Position numbers and translations under genes: made by a program
NCBI RefSeq assembly: GCF_001194135.2
Contig: NC_068997.1
Coordinates: forward strand, 8,469,378 to 8,531,874
Length of the DNA stretch: 62,497 nucleotides
Source: Octopus bimaculoides
Lineage: Eukaryota
Reading direction: 5' to 3'
Part shown: positions 1 through 11,950 of the stretch, in pieces
Layout of the letters: each line of letters starts with the position of its first letter
Position numbering within the stretch: the stretch's first letter is position 1
The notes under the pieces: generated by a model
The model's database searches: none
What the model saw: only the letters and a program-made list of their open reading frames with translations
Told to the model about the DNA's origin: nothing

Positions 1-351
1 TGTAGTGGGTGCTTTTACGTGTCACCCGCACGAAAACGGCCACGCTCGAAATGGTGTCTTTTATGTGCCACCCGCACAAGAGCCAGTCCAGGGGCATTGG
101 CAACGATCTCACTCGAAAATCATACGAAGGCCAGTCAGGCGGTACTGGTAACGGCCACGCTCAAAATGGTGCATCTCATGTGCCACCCGCACAAGAACCA
201 GTCCAGGGGCACTGGCAACGATCTTACTTGGCTTGCCGGGTCTTCTCACGTACAGCACATTTCCAAAGGTCTCGGTCAGTAGTCATCGCCTCGGTGAGGC
301 CCAATGTCATCGCCTCGGTGAGGCCCAATGTGTCATCGCCTCGGTGAGGCC
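1..351 (-). mobile_element. RTE-clade LINE, 5'-truncated 3' end (ORF2 C-terminus plus 3' UTR)
   Basis: The minus strand of 224-304 translates to LGLTEAMTTDRDLWKCAVREKTRQAK*, typical of an RTE ORF2 end. It is followed by the UTR sequence shared with copies at 24720, 43130, 46811, 59535 and 62266. Confidence 0.8.
282..351. repeat. 24-bp unit (GTCATCGCCTCGGTGAGGCCCAAT) repeated about 2.8 times at the RTE truncation point
   Basis: Units read directly at 282-305, 306-329 and 332-351. Confidence 0.95.
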
Positions 352-390
352 ATATATATATAAATATATATGTGAGTGTGCACGTATGTA

Positions 391-530
391 TACAACTGGC
401 TCCTTTCAGTTTCCATCTACCAAATCTACTCAGAAGGCTTTAGTCAGCCCAGGACTCTAGCAGACAATACTGAACCTAAGACCACATGGATGGGAGGCAA
501 GCTTCTTACCATACAACCACATTTGTGCCT
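391..530 (-). mobile_element. SINE family B, tRNA-like head and CORE-like segment
   Basis: The reverse complement resembles the head GGCTGTGTGGTAAGAAGCTTGCTT...GGAAACTGAAAGAAG seen at 51548, 52310 and 62090. Confidence 0.8.
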
Positions 531-539
531 AACATTAAT

Positions 540-599
540 GAATCGAACCTGGATCACCTAGGTGAAAGCCAAGAATACTAACCACTAGACCACATGGGA
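540..599 (-). pseudogene. tRNA-Glu(TTC) pseudogene, 3' acceptor strand missing
   Basis: The minus strand reads TCCCATGTGGTCTAGTGGTTAGTATTCTTGGCTTTCACCTAGGTGATCCAGGTTCGATTC. It has a tRNA-Glu 5' end, A box, CT-TTC-AC anticodon loop and GGTTCGATTC B box. The anticodon stem is disrupted and there is no 3' stem. Confidence 0.85.
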
Positions 600-644
600 T
601 GCATATATATATACACACATTTATACATATACACATACACTCAC

Positions 645-675
<31 letters not shown>

Positions 676-676
<1 letters not shown>

Positions 677-890
677 TTGTTTCTGTCCTCCTCCACTGCT
701 TGACAACTAGTGTTGCCTTGTTTATGTCCCAATAACTTAGCAGTTTGGCAAAATTGACTGATAGAATTTTACCAGAGTTTGAAAAGGAAAATAACTACTG
801 GGGGTCAATTTTTCAAGTAAAGCCCTTCAAGGTAGTGCCCCAGCATGGCCATGGTCCAACAACCAAAACAAATAAAAAATTAAAATAAAA
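676..890 (+). mobile_element. SINE family B, 3' half
   Basis: CTTGACAAC...TAACTTAGCAGTTTGGCAAAA...CCAGCATGGCC matches 51840-52025 and 60928-61135. Confidence 0.8.
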
Positions 891-924
891 GATAAAAGAC
901 CAATCCACTTGGCTACTTTATTTT

Positions 925-1020
925 ATGAGCCCCATAAAAATGAAAGGTAAAGTTATACTCAACAGGATTTGAACCCAGAGAGTAGGGACCTAGAACAAAT
1001 ACTGCAAAACCCTTTTCCTT
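925..1020 (-). mobile_element. SINE family C fragment (degenerate)
   Basis: ATGAAAGGTAAAGTT...GGATTTGAACCCAGA resembles the reverse complement of the family C core. Confidence 0.55.
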
Positions 1021-1069
1021 GTATTACTCCATGAAGTCTTATAAAAAGGCATCTTTTATTATTCATTAG

Positions 1070-1320
1070 ACTGGAGCATCACCTTAAAGAATTTTTTTTT
1101 TTTCTATTTTAAATCCTGATGCTTATTTTATCGGTTTTCTTTTGCCAAACTGCTAAGTTACAGGATGTAAACACAAGCACACACATTATATATATATATA
1201 TATATAAATGATGGGCTTCTTTCAGTTTCTGTCTACCAAATCCATTCACAAGACTTTGGCTGGGCTGTGGTTATGGCAGAAGATTGAACCTGGGACCATG
1301 GGGTAAGAAGTTAACATCAA
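1070..1320 (-). mobile_element. SINE family B, internally shortened copy with internal (TA)n
   Basis: Tail motif (GCCAAACTGCTAAGTTAC), then (TA)n, then head motif (CTTTCAGTTTCTGTCTACCAAATCC). Confidence 0.75.
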
Positions 1321-1754
1321 CAATAAAGCATGAACGAAATCTTTATTCCTAAACCTGTTTTGCAACTTCTTCTTGTCCTAATAATTACCTGTTACTGTTC
1401 ACTACTGCAGGGAGCGATAGTTATGTATAACCGACAAATATTTCGTTAGCTTGCAAGGTCTTAATTACAAGTCCTTTTTGTCTTGTACAGTTTAGGGAAT
1501 CAATGAGCTCTGCCATGTTGACCTGCCAGACATACATTAAATATCAAGGAAATTTCCAGTGATATCCCTGCAACTCGTTTTGGAACTCACTGTTATTAAT
1601 TAATTAATTATTATTCATATAAAATGTTTTGTTTTTCAAATGTTTTTCTCTTTCCTAAATATTTTTCCCCTTTTTTTTCATCAATCCATTAGATGATGTT
1701 TTCAAAGGAAAGGAAAAAATGGTTTCTTTTCTAATTCAGCATACACAGCCTATG

Positions 1755-1756
<2 letters not shown>

Positions 1757-1810
<54 letters not shown>

Positions 1811-1854
1811 CACCAGCACCACCACCACTACCATCATCATTATTATTATTGTTA

Positions 1855-1897
<43 letters not shown>
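1757..1897. repeat. (TTA)n microsatellite with a CAC/CAT interruption
   Basis: Direct reading. Confidence 0.95.
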
Positions 1898-1898
<1 letters not shown>

Positions 1899-3014
1899 GG
1901 ATGGTAAAATGGGCATTAATGGTGTAACAAAGTGAAATGGCTTTAACATGCTATGGTTTCAGCTTGAGGGGAGCTTATATCTTCCTCTCAGCTAATTCAT
2001 TCATAAAATTAAAGAACAGAAAACAGTTTTTTAAAANNNNNNNNNNNNNNNNNNNNNNNNNNNNNNNNNNNNNNNNNNNNNNNNNNNNNNNNNNNNNNNN
2101 NNNNNNNNNNNNNNNNNNNNNNNNNNNNNNNNNNNNNNNNNNNNNNNNNNNNNNNNNNNNNNNNNNNNNNNNNNNNNNNNNNNNNNNNNNNNNNNNNNNN
2201 NNNNNNNNNNNNNNNNNNNNNNNNNNNNNNNNNNNNNNNNNNNNNNNNNNNNNNNNNNNNNNNNNNNNNNNNNNNNNNNNNNNNNNNNNNNNNNNNNNNN
2301 NNNNNNNNNNNNNNNNNNNNNNNNNNNNNNNNNNNNNNNCTCTCTCTCTGTGAAAGTGAGGAAGAGAGGTAGATAATATATTGCAGGTTTTGTCTGTCCA
2401 TGGGAAGAAAGGATAGGGAAATATAGTTATAGCCAGCTAGCTAATTATCTGGCGATATCTTTGAATAGTACAGAGGTGGCAATAGAAAGAGAGAGAAGGA
2501 CTAGTAGATAGATAGATAGATAATGAGAGAGAGAAAGTGAGAGAGAGGGAGACAGATAGATAGACAGGTGGACATTTAGACAGAGAGGTAATGACTGAGA
2601 GACAGTGACAGACAGAAACAATGAGAGAGAGAGAGAGATAGTCACACAATGACTAAGAGAAAAAGATAGTGATAGAGACAGTGAGAAAGTGATGTGTTTT
2701 AAGCAAGGTAACATGTTGAAAGTCAAGACAAGCTCCAACACAATTTGCCAATTATAGGTAAAAAAAAAAAATTTCTCTCCAAAATAGAGAGACACCAGGA
2801 TGCTAGTGTTATGGAGGAAATCCTGCTCAATTTAGGTTGAACCAATAGTAGTGCACCTCACCTACACACCTTATCTTATCAATAGCTACTCCAGACATAA
2901 TAACTACATATGTTGACTGGATTACTTGGAGAAATAGAACAATAGATATTTTCAGAACCAAATTTGAACCAGAGAAGAGAAACCAGTCCATCAATGAAAC
3001 GAAAGCCACATGTT

Positions 3015-3049
<35 letters not shown>

Positions 3050-3264
3050 TTGTTGTTGTTGTTGTTGTTGTTGTTCCTCTGGCTGGGTGATAATCCTACC
3101 AGCTATACCACAGAGCATCTGACATGGAATCATTTTTAGATTAGATCCTATAAAATTGTCCCTGCTATTTTAACCGTACAACTTTACCTCCACAAGATCA
3201 TTCGTTTTGCTCTTAGCACTAGCAGGATAAACATGGTTCAGGAATTGAAGTCCTGTCGGTGTTG

Positions 3265-3379
3265 AGTCTCTCTTTCTCTCCGTTGCTCTCTGTCTCTCTC
3301 CTACTCTTTCACCCTTTCTTTATCTCTCTCTCTCTCTCTCCCTTGCTCTCTGTCTCTATCCTACCCTTTCACTCTCTCT

Positions 3380-3421
<42 letters not shown>
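3265..3421. repeat. (CT)n-rich simple repeat with an internal duplication
   Basis: Direct reading. Confidence 0.9.
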
Positions 3422-3424
<3 letters not shown>

Positions 3425-4389
3425 GCTGTTCATAATATCTAATATTATCTACATGAAAATCTTAGATATTTTTTTTTATGAGTCAGGGAAGGAAAAACAG
3501 TTTCCATGAGATCCTCTCATTATTTTCATTTTTTTTGTTGTTGTTTTTCTTTAGGGGTTTTTTTAAGGCCAAAGANNNNNNNNNNNNNNNNNNNNNNNNN
3601 NNNNNNNNNNNNNNNNNNNNNNNNNNNNNNNNNNNNNNNNNNNNNNNNNNNNNNNNNNNNNNNNNNNNNNNNNNNNNNNNNNNNNNNNNNNNNNNNNNNN
3701 NNNNNNNNNNNNNNNNNNNNNNNNNNNNNNNNNNNNNNNNNNNNNNNNNNNNNNNNNNNNNNNNNNNNNNNNNNNNNNNNNNNNNNNNNNNNNNNNNNNN
3801 NNNNNNNNNNNNNNNNNNNNNNNNNNNNNNNNNNNNNNNNNNNNNNNNNNNNNNNNNNNNNNNNNNNNNNNNNNNNNNNNNNNNNNNNNNNNNNNNNNNN
3901 NNNNNNNNNNNNNNNNNNNNNNNNNNNNNNNNNNNNNNNNNNNNNNNNNNNNNNNNNNNNNNNNNNNNNNNNNNNNNNNNNNNNNNNNNNNNNNNNNNNN
4001 NNNNNNNNNNNNNNNNNNNNNNNNNNNNNNNNNNNNNNNNNNNNNNNNNNNNNNNNNNNNNNNNNNNNNNNNNNNNNNNNNNNNNNNNNNNNNNNNNNNN
4101 NNNNNNNNNNNNNNNNNNNNNNNNNNNNNNNNNNNNNNNNNNNNNNNNNNNNNNNNNNNNNNNNNNNNNNNNNNNNNNNNNNNNNNNNNNNNNNNNNNNN
4201 NNNNNNNNNNNNNNNNNNNNNNNNNNNNNNNNNNNNNNNNNNNNNNNNNNNNNNNNNNNNNNNNNNNNNNNNNNNNNNNNNNNNNNNNNNNNNNNNNNNN
4301 NNNNNNNNNNNNNNNNNNNNNNNNTATATATATATATATATATATATATTACAAATGAGTGGGGACACTCACACACACACACATATGTA

Positions 4390-4458
4390 CATAACCCATG
4401 CCAGCATAGAAAGCGGACGTTAAACGATGATGATGAGGAGGAGGCGGAGGATGATAAC
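4390..4458 (+). mobile_element. RTE 3' tail fragment
   Basis: AACCCATGCCAGCATAGAAAGCGGACGTTAAACGATGATGATG. Confidence 0.8.
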
Positions 4459-6195
4459 GATATATTTACATATATATAAGGACAAGAAAGTAGGGGATAT
4501 ATTTCTTTCAGTCCCTGTACTGGGGTTTCTTTAGTTATTGTGTCTTCACTTTAACTGTCCATGGAGGATAGTTCTTACAGAGATATTACTTATAGAGACC
4601 TTAGTTATAAACCCATCAACACAAAAGGCTTAGTCAGAAGTAATGGAGCAGTGCCTATGATATTTGCAAATCCTCTGGGACCAGTGTGACTGATTACTAA
4701 ACATCTTCAAGTAAATGTTTGGAGTTGATGGGTGAGGATGGTGTCTTGGAGAATTGACAATCTGGAGAGAAAGTATTCGGAGAAGTTTTGGGTGCAAGAC
4801 CTGATGGCAATGGGGGTGGAGATAGAAAGGGTGGGGATAAAAGAAGGGGAGAAAAGTATGTTGTATGTTGTATGTGTGTCTGCATTGAAGTGGTATGCAA
4901 ACAGCTAGCTGACAGAGAGCAAAGTCTGTTGTAACAACAAGACAAAGTTTATTGTTTGTAAAGAAAAAAAAAGTGTCTGTTTATGATGAAAATTAAGCTA
5001 GGCTAATCCTTTGTGAATCACAAGAAACTATAAAGCTGGTGGTGCTTAAATGCCGTTTCCATAGCATTAAGCAGATGAGAGATCAGCATCTTAGATAGGA
5101 GGCTGCTCAATCGTAAGAGAAATTGAACTTGGCATAGCAAAATAGCAAATTACTTTTGAATTCCTCAAATCTATAGTTCTGTCATTGTTTACAGCAGTGA
5201 TTTATATCATTCTACTGTCAAGCCAACAAGCAAGCTGCTACGTTGACTTGGTCGCTCAACTTGCTCACAAGAAATGAGAGCTAAATCTCTCTCTCTCTCA
5301 AATCTTATCCTACTATCTTTAAATAAAAAAAAATGGCAGTTACATATTTCGGATAATGCATCTCTAAATAAATTTACTGGAATGGTCACACACGGAATGC
5401 CTTTGATCATAGCCTCAGCTCAGGCAAAGCCTTAGCAGAGACCCAATAATCATTCTACAGTACCTATTAAGAACAAAGTAGATTGCCATATTTGAGAGAG
5501 AAGTGCTTTAGCCAGAGGCAGAACACAAGAACACCAATGACAAAATACAAACCACTAACATAGCCAGCATCCCTTTCCCTTTGTTTTCTTCCTCATCTAA
5601 ATGGATCGTCTGGTATTCTATCCATTTGGCCGTTTGCTACACTATTATGATAAATGACACTTTATTTAAATATCTGTTTCTAACGGCTGAAATATATCAA
5701 CGTGAAAGGATAACTTCATTTCAGCGAATCTAAAAAGCATGACTCATAAATTCAAGGGTCGGCCTTTTTCGTTTTGTTGTTTAATTATTTTCCTTTAAGA
5801 TTTCTTTATATAACACTTAAACTGAAAATACTACAAAACAAAACAAAACAAAAACAAACACAAATGAAAACAAAGCAACTTCTCAACATCCAATTGCAAT
5901 TATAAATGATTTTTCCTGGAATCTGATGCCTTATCGCGATAGAGTGACATTCCTACACCATTCCATATTATTTCCCGAAAATTTTAATTAATTTCTAGGT
6001 TTCTGCTCTATGAATACACTCAGTGTCTTCAGAAAATTTAATTCTTGTGAAATTATATTAAGTATGGAAGTGTAAACGATGTTGATAACAGAATGGCATT
6101 GTGTATGTTCAGTATGAATACTTCATTAGTTGTGATGATGATGACGATGATGATGGCAAATGTATGTACCTACATATAGCTTTACTTACAGCTAT

Positions 6196-6197
<2 letters not shown>

Positions 6198-6270
<73 letters not shown>
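6198..6270. repeat. (CA)n(TA)n compound microsatellite
   Basis: Direct reading. Confidence 0.95.
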
Positions 6271-6273
<3 letters not shown>

Positions 6274-7364
6274 TCAGCACATCATATGCATTGATACCTG
6301 CAGACAACCAAGAGTCTCACCTACAGACATATGGATGTATAGCATGNNNNNNNNNNNNNNNNNNNNNNNNNNNNNNNNNNNNNNNNNNNNNNNNNNNNNN
6401 NNNNNNNNNNNNNNNNNNNNNNNNNNNNNNNNNNNNNNNNNNNNNNNNNNNNNNNNNNNNNNNNNNNNNNNNNNNNNNNNNNNNNNNNNNNNNNNNNNNN
6501 NNNNNNNNNNNNNNNNNNNNNNNNNNNNNNNNNNNNNNNNNNNNNNNNNNNNNNNNNNNNNNNNNNNNNNNNNNNNNNNNNNNNNNNNNNNNNNNNNNNN
6601 NNNNNNNNNNNNNNNNNNNNNNNNNNNNNNNNNNNNNNNNNNNNNNNNNNNNNNNNNNNNNNNNNNNNNNNNATATATATATATATATATAAAGAATGAG
6701 AGAAAGAGATATGTATACATACATGCATACATATCTATATATATATGGATGAGTGTGTGTGTGTGTGTGTGTGTGTATAAATACACACACACACACACTT
6801 ATATGTATACTCAAATATGTGTGTTTGTGTGTGTATGTAAACACATGTATATAGTACAAATGAATATAGAATTCTTTTCAAATTCCCAAATTTAATAACT
6901 GTGACTTAGTACAAACCATATATATATATATATATATACATGCACACATATATTTATATATATATATACATATATATATATCCTTTTTTTACCATCTCTC
7001 TCTCTCTCTCTCCCCTTATCTCTCTGTCTCTCTCACTCTCTTTAGGAATTAGCTACCTGTTGCCCTCTTTCTATTTCATTACACCTATCTACCTATCTCT
7101 CATATATATATATTCATTTATTTATATTATTTGTATTTATCTTTGTCTCCTGTTATATACATACATACATATAATAAATATCTGTGTGTGTATGTGTGTG
7201 TGTGTTTATATGCATGTATAGAGACAGTATACATAGAGAGAGAGAAAGAGAAATTGTTTGATGTACTAATGGTTATATAGTTAAACAGATAAATAGACAG
7301 GTAAGCATATATATACATACATGCATCCACAAAGACAAAACACTTGCTCTACAAAAGCACACAC

Positions 7365-7447
<83 letters not shown>
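7365..7447. repeat. (TCTA)n microsatellite
   Basis: Direct reading. Similar tracts occur at about 12866-12990 and 28795-28945. Confidence 0.95.
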
Positions 7448-7449
<2 letters not shown>

Positions 7450-8879
7450 ACTGTCTGTCTGTCTTTCTTTCTATCTTTTTCTTTATGTATATGACTGCCT
7501 GTTTTCTTGTATATTTGTATATTAATATTTACTTCTCCCTCTATCAATATATCTAGTGACCTAGTTATCTAGTCAGCTAGCTATATTCACAATTTTCTTC
7601 ATCTCTCCATTTTCAAAATTCTGTTTTGTTTCTTTGCATTTTTTTCTTTTGTTCTATTATTTATTTACATATTAATATATGTAACTGCTGTGCATATTTC
7701 TCACCCTCCTAATAAATAAGCTGCATTGGAATGTGAGACTTTGCTGGAATATTGGTAAATGTATGTGTAGAAATTTTAGTCCAAACAGGAGCAAAAAGAA
7801 TATTGTTCCAAGGGTTATCTGTGGAATGGTTATTAAAAGTTCTAGACTATCAATCTGCTAGCTTCTTTGTCTGTCTTTCTATTCATTTGCTTATTTATCT
7901 ATATATGTATATGTTTGTGTGTCAGTATATGTTTATACTTTTATGTACAAAGTGAGAAAGAGAGATGAATAAATGTGTAGTCATCTAAGTATTGCTTTAT
8001 CAGTAGGTCTGTTTGTTGATAGATGGATAGATAGATTTGTCTATAAGTATATGTCTCTATATATAATTAACTATTTTTGCATCAAGCTACCCATCTTTCT
8101 ATAGGAGTAATGTTTTATGCTCTGGAATTGGCTATGAACTCCCTCTCCTCTATGTTTATTTGCAATAATTTTGCTTCATAGGTCTTAATGAGAATAGACA
8201 TGTTTTTTCATGCAGCTGTAACTCACCTTTATGTTGTTTTGGTTAAAAAACTGGTGGGCTTTATCACTGTTCGGGAAATATTTTCTACATAGGGAGAGAC
8301 AATATTTTACAACTTTTTTTTCTTTTGTGCTAGTGTTGTATGGCGGCTTACACTATTGAGCATTCAACTTCCAATATATTTAGATCGACGAGAGCTGATA
8401 TGAAAATGATTCTTAAAAAATAATGTCAAGAAAGAAAAACAAAAAGAGGTACAGTATACTGTGCTTATGTCTCTACCAACAAATGCATCAACAAACTGTA
8501 TAGGATATACAGAGCACTCCTTCAAAAATGGTCTGCACCAACAGCTCATCTCATCATCACCATCCTTTCAAAGCATATTTGGAAATGAAAAGTCAAAGGT
8601 GCGTCAAACAGAATGATATTGGCAGTTTTAGATAGGGAGCAGATATTTAGGAATGGATCAAACCTTTGTAACTTCTGTCTTACAGAGAAACTCTACATCA
8701 TTTACTATTCTACTTTAGTATTAAGAAGAAACAAGCTAATTTCCAGCTACTGACACTTGCCTAAGCACTTTCTTAGGAATCTCAAAGAACCGTTCTCATG
8801 CATGATAGTATGACTGATGACAGAGTTACATATATTATAATTTAAAACACAGTTCTATATTTAAGAGATGAGGAATTAT

Positions 8880-9011
8880 TTACATTATTTACATTATTTA
8901 CATTTGACGGATATATTTACATTTGACAGAGGGTATATCAGCCGAAACGTGTTAACAACAAACAAGATGAGGACAAATATCCGTCAAATGTAAATAATGT
9001 AAATAATGTAA
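8880..9011. repeat. Perfect 35-bp inverted repeat with a 62-nt spacer; possibly the inverted end of a Penelope-like element
   Basis: 8880-8914 (TTACATTATTTACATTATTTACATTTGACGGATAT) is the reverse complement of 8977-9011. The spacer contains CAGCCGAAACGT. The Penelope link is inference. Confidence 0.75.
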
Positions 9012-9869
9012 TTTAAAACAGTTTGATTTAACTCCAAGCTGCATAAGGTTTCGTAGGCTTCTCACACATAAACACAGACACAACAGGCAAAAGCTTCAGT
9101 TACAGCTATGATATATTTTGTCTAACAAACAGGCAGAGAACTCAATGGGATAAATGACAAAAGCTCCTTAATAACAAATCAGTTCACAAGTGAAACAAAC
9201 ACACTAAACAAAGTAAAATGTGAACAAGAGTAAAAGATGTGAAATAAATATCTAAGTCCTGCTATGCCTTGTAATTTAATCGTTTGGTTCATCTTTGGTG
9301 TTTGCTAAAATTTCATACGTTTTGTCTACTGGGATAAATATTATGTCTCAGTATTAATACTACCTCTGTCATTAATATATACTTTTTAACAAGCTCACTG
9401 ACTAATCACAAGACCAGTGCATGTTCTAGCACTGTCAGCAGGGAGATGAATCACTGCTGTCTCTCGCAGTCAAGTGTCCATCATTGACAAGACCAAACAA
9501 GGTCGAAACCATGTCATCTGGTAGTCTCGGCACTGGAAGTGGTGGAGATTTATCTCACCGCTTGTGATATCAACAAGCATGCATTTGGCACCAAAAACCT
9601 AATATGACAGTTTCTCTCGTGGTCACTACCACAGTATAGTTTGTTCTAATAGAACATCCATGTTTAACTGGGGATAAATATGACCCCTTTTTTCGATGGT
9701 ATTAAGAGGAGGAATGCACAGTTTTAAAAAAAACTATGTGTCATCATCATCATCATCATCATTGCCACTATCTACATTACCGTGATTACTTACGATGACG
9801 ATCACCACCTTCGGCAGCAGTTGCAGCAATAGGAAGAATCAGGAAAGTGCAATTATAGTGGAAGCAGTG

Positions 9870-10130
9870 GCACCAATAGCAGAGGAGGTAACAGCAGTGG
9901 CACATTGGGAGTGCCAGCACAGTGGTGGCAGTAGCAGCTGCTGTGATGACAGCAACAATATCAGAGGTAACATCATCATCATCATTATTGCCATCATCAT
10001 CATCTTCTTCATGATTATTGTTATCATCACCACCATCATCAGCATTACCATGATCATCATCATCACCTTCATCAACATCATCATTGTCACTATTGTCATT
10101 CACATCATCACCATCATCCTCCTCATTGTA
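9870..10130. repeat. Degenerate CAG/CAT trinucleotide low-complexity tract
   Basis: Direct reading. Confidence 0.85.
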
Positions 10131-10714
10131 ATGGTATCTACCAATCAAATTTTCAGCTTTAAAAAAGAAATTAGAAAATAGTCTTTAAAATATTTTCGGT
10201 TGACCAGTTTTAAGAACTCTGGCTAAAATGTTCGTATTAGAAAGAAAGGTAAATAAGAAATTAAAAGATTAAAATTCATTTCATACTTACACACATCAAT
10301 TAACTTAATCAAACTTCAAACAATAATAAAACAACAAAATATTTTTAATAAAAGAAAATATAAAAAGCCACAAAATGAATTGTTTTCATTTTTTTCAAGA
10401 AAATAATTATTATTTCTTTCAATATTATAAAAATCTATTTTGTGTAACAACAAAAACAATAGAGAGAAAAATTCATTATTCTTTTTGCAAAAATGACAAG
10501 TCAGTCTTTGGGGAATAGCAATTACGTATTATGTGTGTGTGTGAGCATGTTATTATATAGTCTTATATATATTATATATTGATATATACACTTGTACATG
10601 CACACACGCAGTGTGTATATATGTGTGGGCATGTATACATACATACATATCTATATCTGTCTATCTATATATATATACATATATATATGTATATACCAAT
10701 ATGTGTGAGTGTGT

Positions 10715-10764
<50 letters not shown>

Positions 10765-11780
10765 TCATATATACATACATATACATATTCATAAATTTAG
10801 GCTATGAGGAAAAAGACAACACAAGAGGAACAAGCCTTAACATATGTCATATTAGTTTAACACTTAAAAGGAAAAAGAAAGAGTTCTGACGTTTCAGACA
10901 TTGGTTATTCATCAAAAAGAATGAAAGAGTGGGGGAAAAGATGAAGAAGGATAAAAGGTGGTTGAGGAGTGGGTTAGTGGGATTGTGGCTCCACAAGGAG
11001 AGTACGGAAGAGAGGTGGCAGTTTGGTGTGTGTATGTATTGCAGAGTATCCATGTATAGAAATAGATATAAAGGGAGGTGTGTGTGATAGTATGAGGTGG
11101 GGGGGGGTATGGATGTGTGCGGTTTCTTTGGATGTGTAAAGGTTTGTAGTGGTGGGCAAGTATGGGAGTGGAGTAGTGGGGTGGGTGGGATGATAATGTG
11201 TAGGTGTAATCATNNNNNNNNNNNNNNNNNNNNNNNNNNNNNNNNNNNNNNNNNNNNNNNNNNNNNNNNNNNNNNNNNNNNNNNNNNNNNNNNNNNNNNN
11301 NNNNNNNNNNNNNNNNNNNNNNNNNNNNNNNNNNNNNNNNNNNNNNNNNNNNNNNNNNNNNNNNNNNNNNNNNNNNNNNNNNNNNNNNNNNNNNNNNNNN
11401 NNNNNNNNNNNNNNNNNNNNNNNNNNNNNNNNNNNNNNNNNNNNNNNNNNNNNNNNNNNNNNNNNNNNNNNNNNNNNNNNNNNNNNNNNNNNNNNNNNNN
11501 NNNNNNNNNNNNNNNNNNNNNNNNNNNNNNNNNNNNNNNNNNNNNNNNNNNNNNNNNNNNNNNNNNNNNNNNNNNNNNNNNNNNNNNNNNNNNNNNNNNN
11601 NNNNNNNNNNNNNNNNNNNNNNNNNNNNNNNNNNNNNNNNNNNNNNNNNNNNNNNNNNNNNNNNNNNNNNNNNNNNNNNNNNNNNNNNNNNNNNNNNNNN
11701 NNNNNNNNNNNNNNNNNNNNNNNNNNNNNNNNNNNNNNNNNNNNNNNNNNNNNNNNNNNNNNNNNNNNNNNNNNNNNNNN

Positions 11781-11950
11781 TATATATACGACAGGCTTCT
11801 TTCAGTTTCCGTCTACCAAATCCACTCACAAGGCTTTGGTCGGCCCGAGGCTATAGTAGAAGACACTTGCCCAAGGTGCCATGCAGTGGGACTGAACCCA
11901 GAACCATGTGGTTGGTAAGCAAGCTACTTACCACACAGCCACTCCTACAC
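11781..11950 (-). mobile_element. SINE family B head, young copy
   Basis: The reverse complement reads GGAGTGGCTGTGTGGTAAGTAGCTTGCTTACCAACCACATGGTTCTGGGTTCAGTCCCACTGCATGGCACCTTGGGCAAGTGTCTTC..., with A/B-box-like motifs and a CCTTGGGCAAGT CORE-like motif. Confidence 0.88.

Noticed and set aside
1-66. The window start resembles the window end (62432-62497), suggesting a circular molecule or terminal redundancy.
   Set aside because: The two stretches differ at 3 positions and both lie in a high-copy RTE UTR. Two separate copies, or a scaffold breaking at repeats, explain it.
8440-8600. Short open frames in a non-repetitive block.
   Set aside because: No recognisable domain, and the lengths are within chance expectation.
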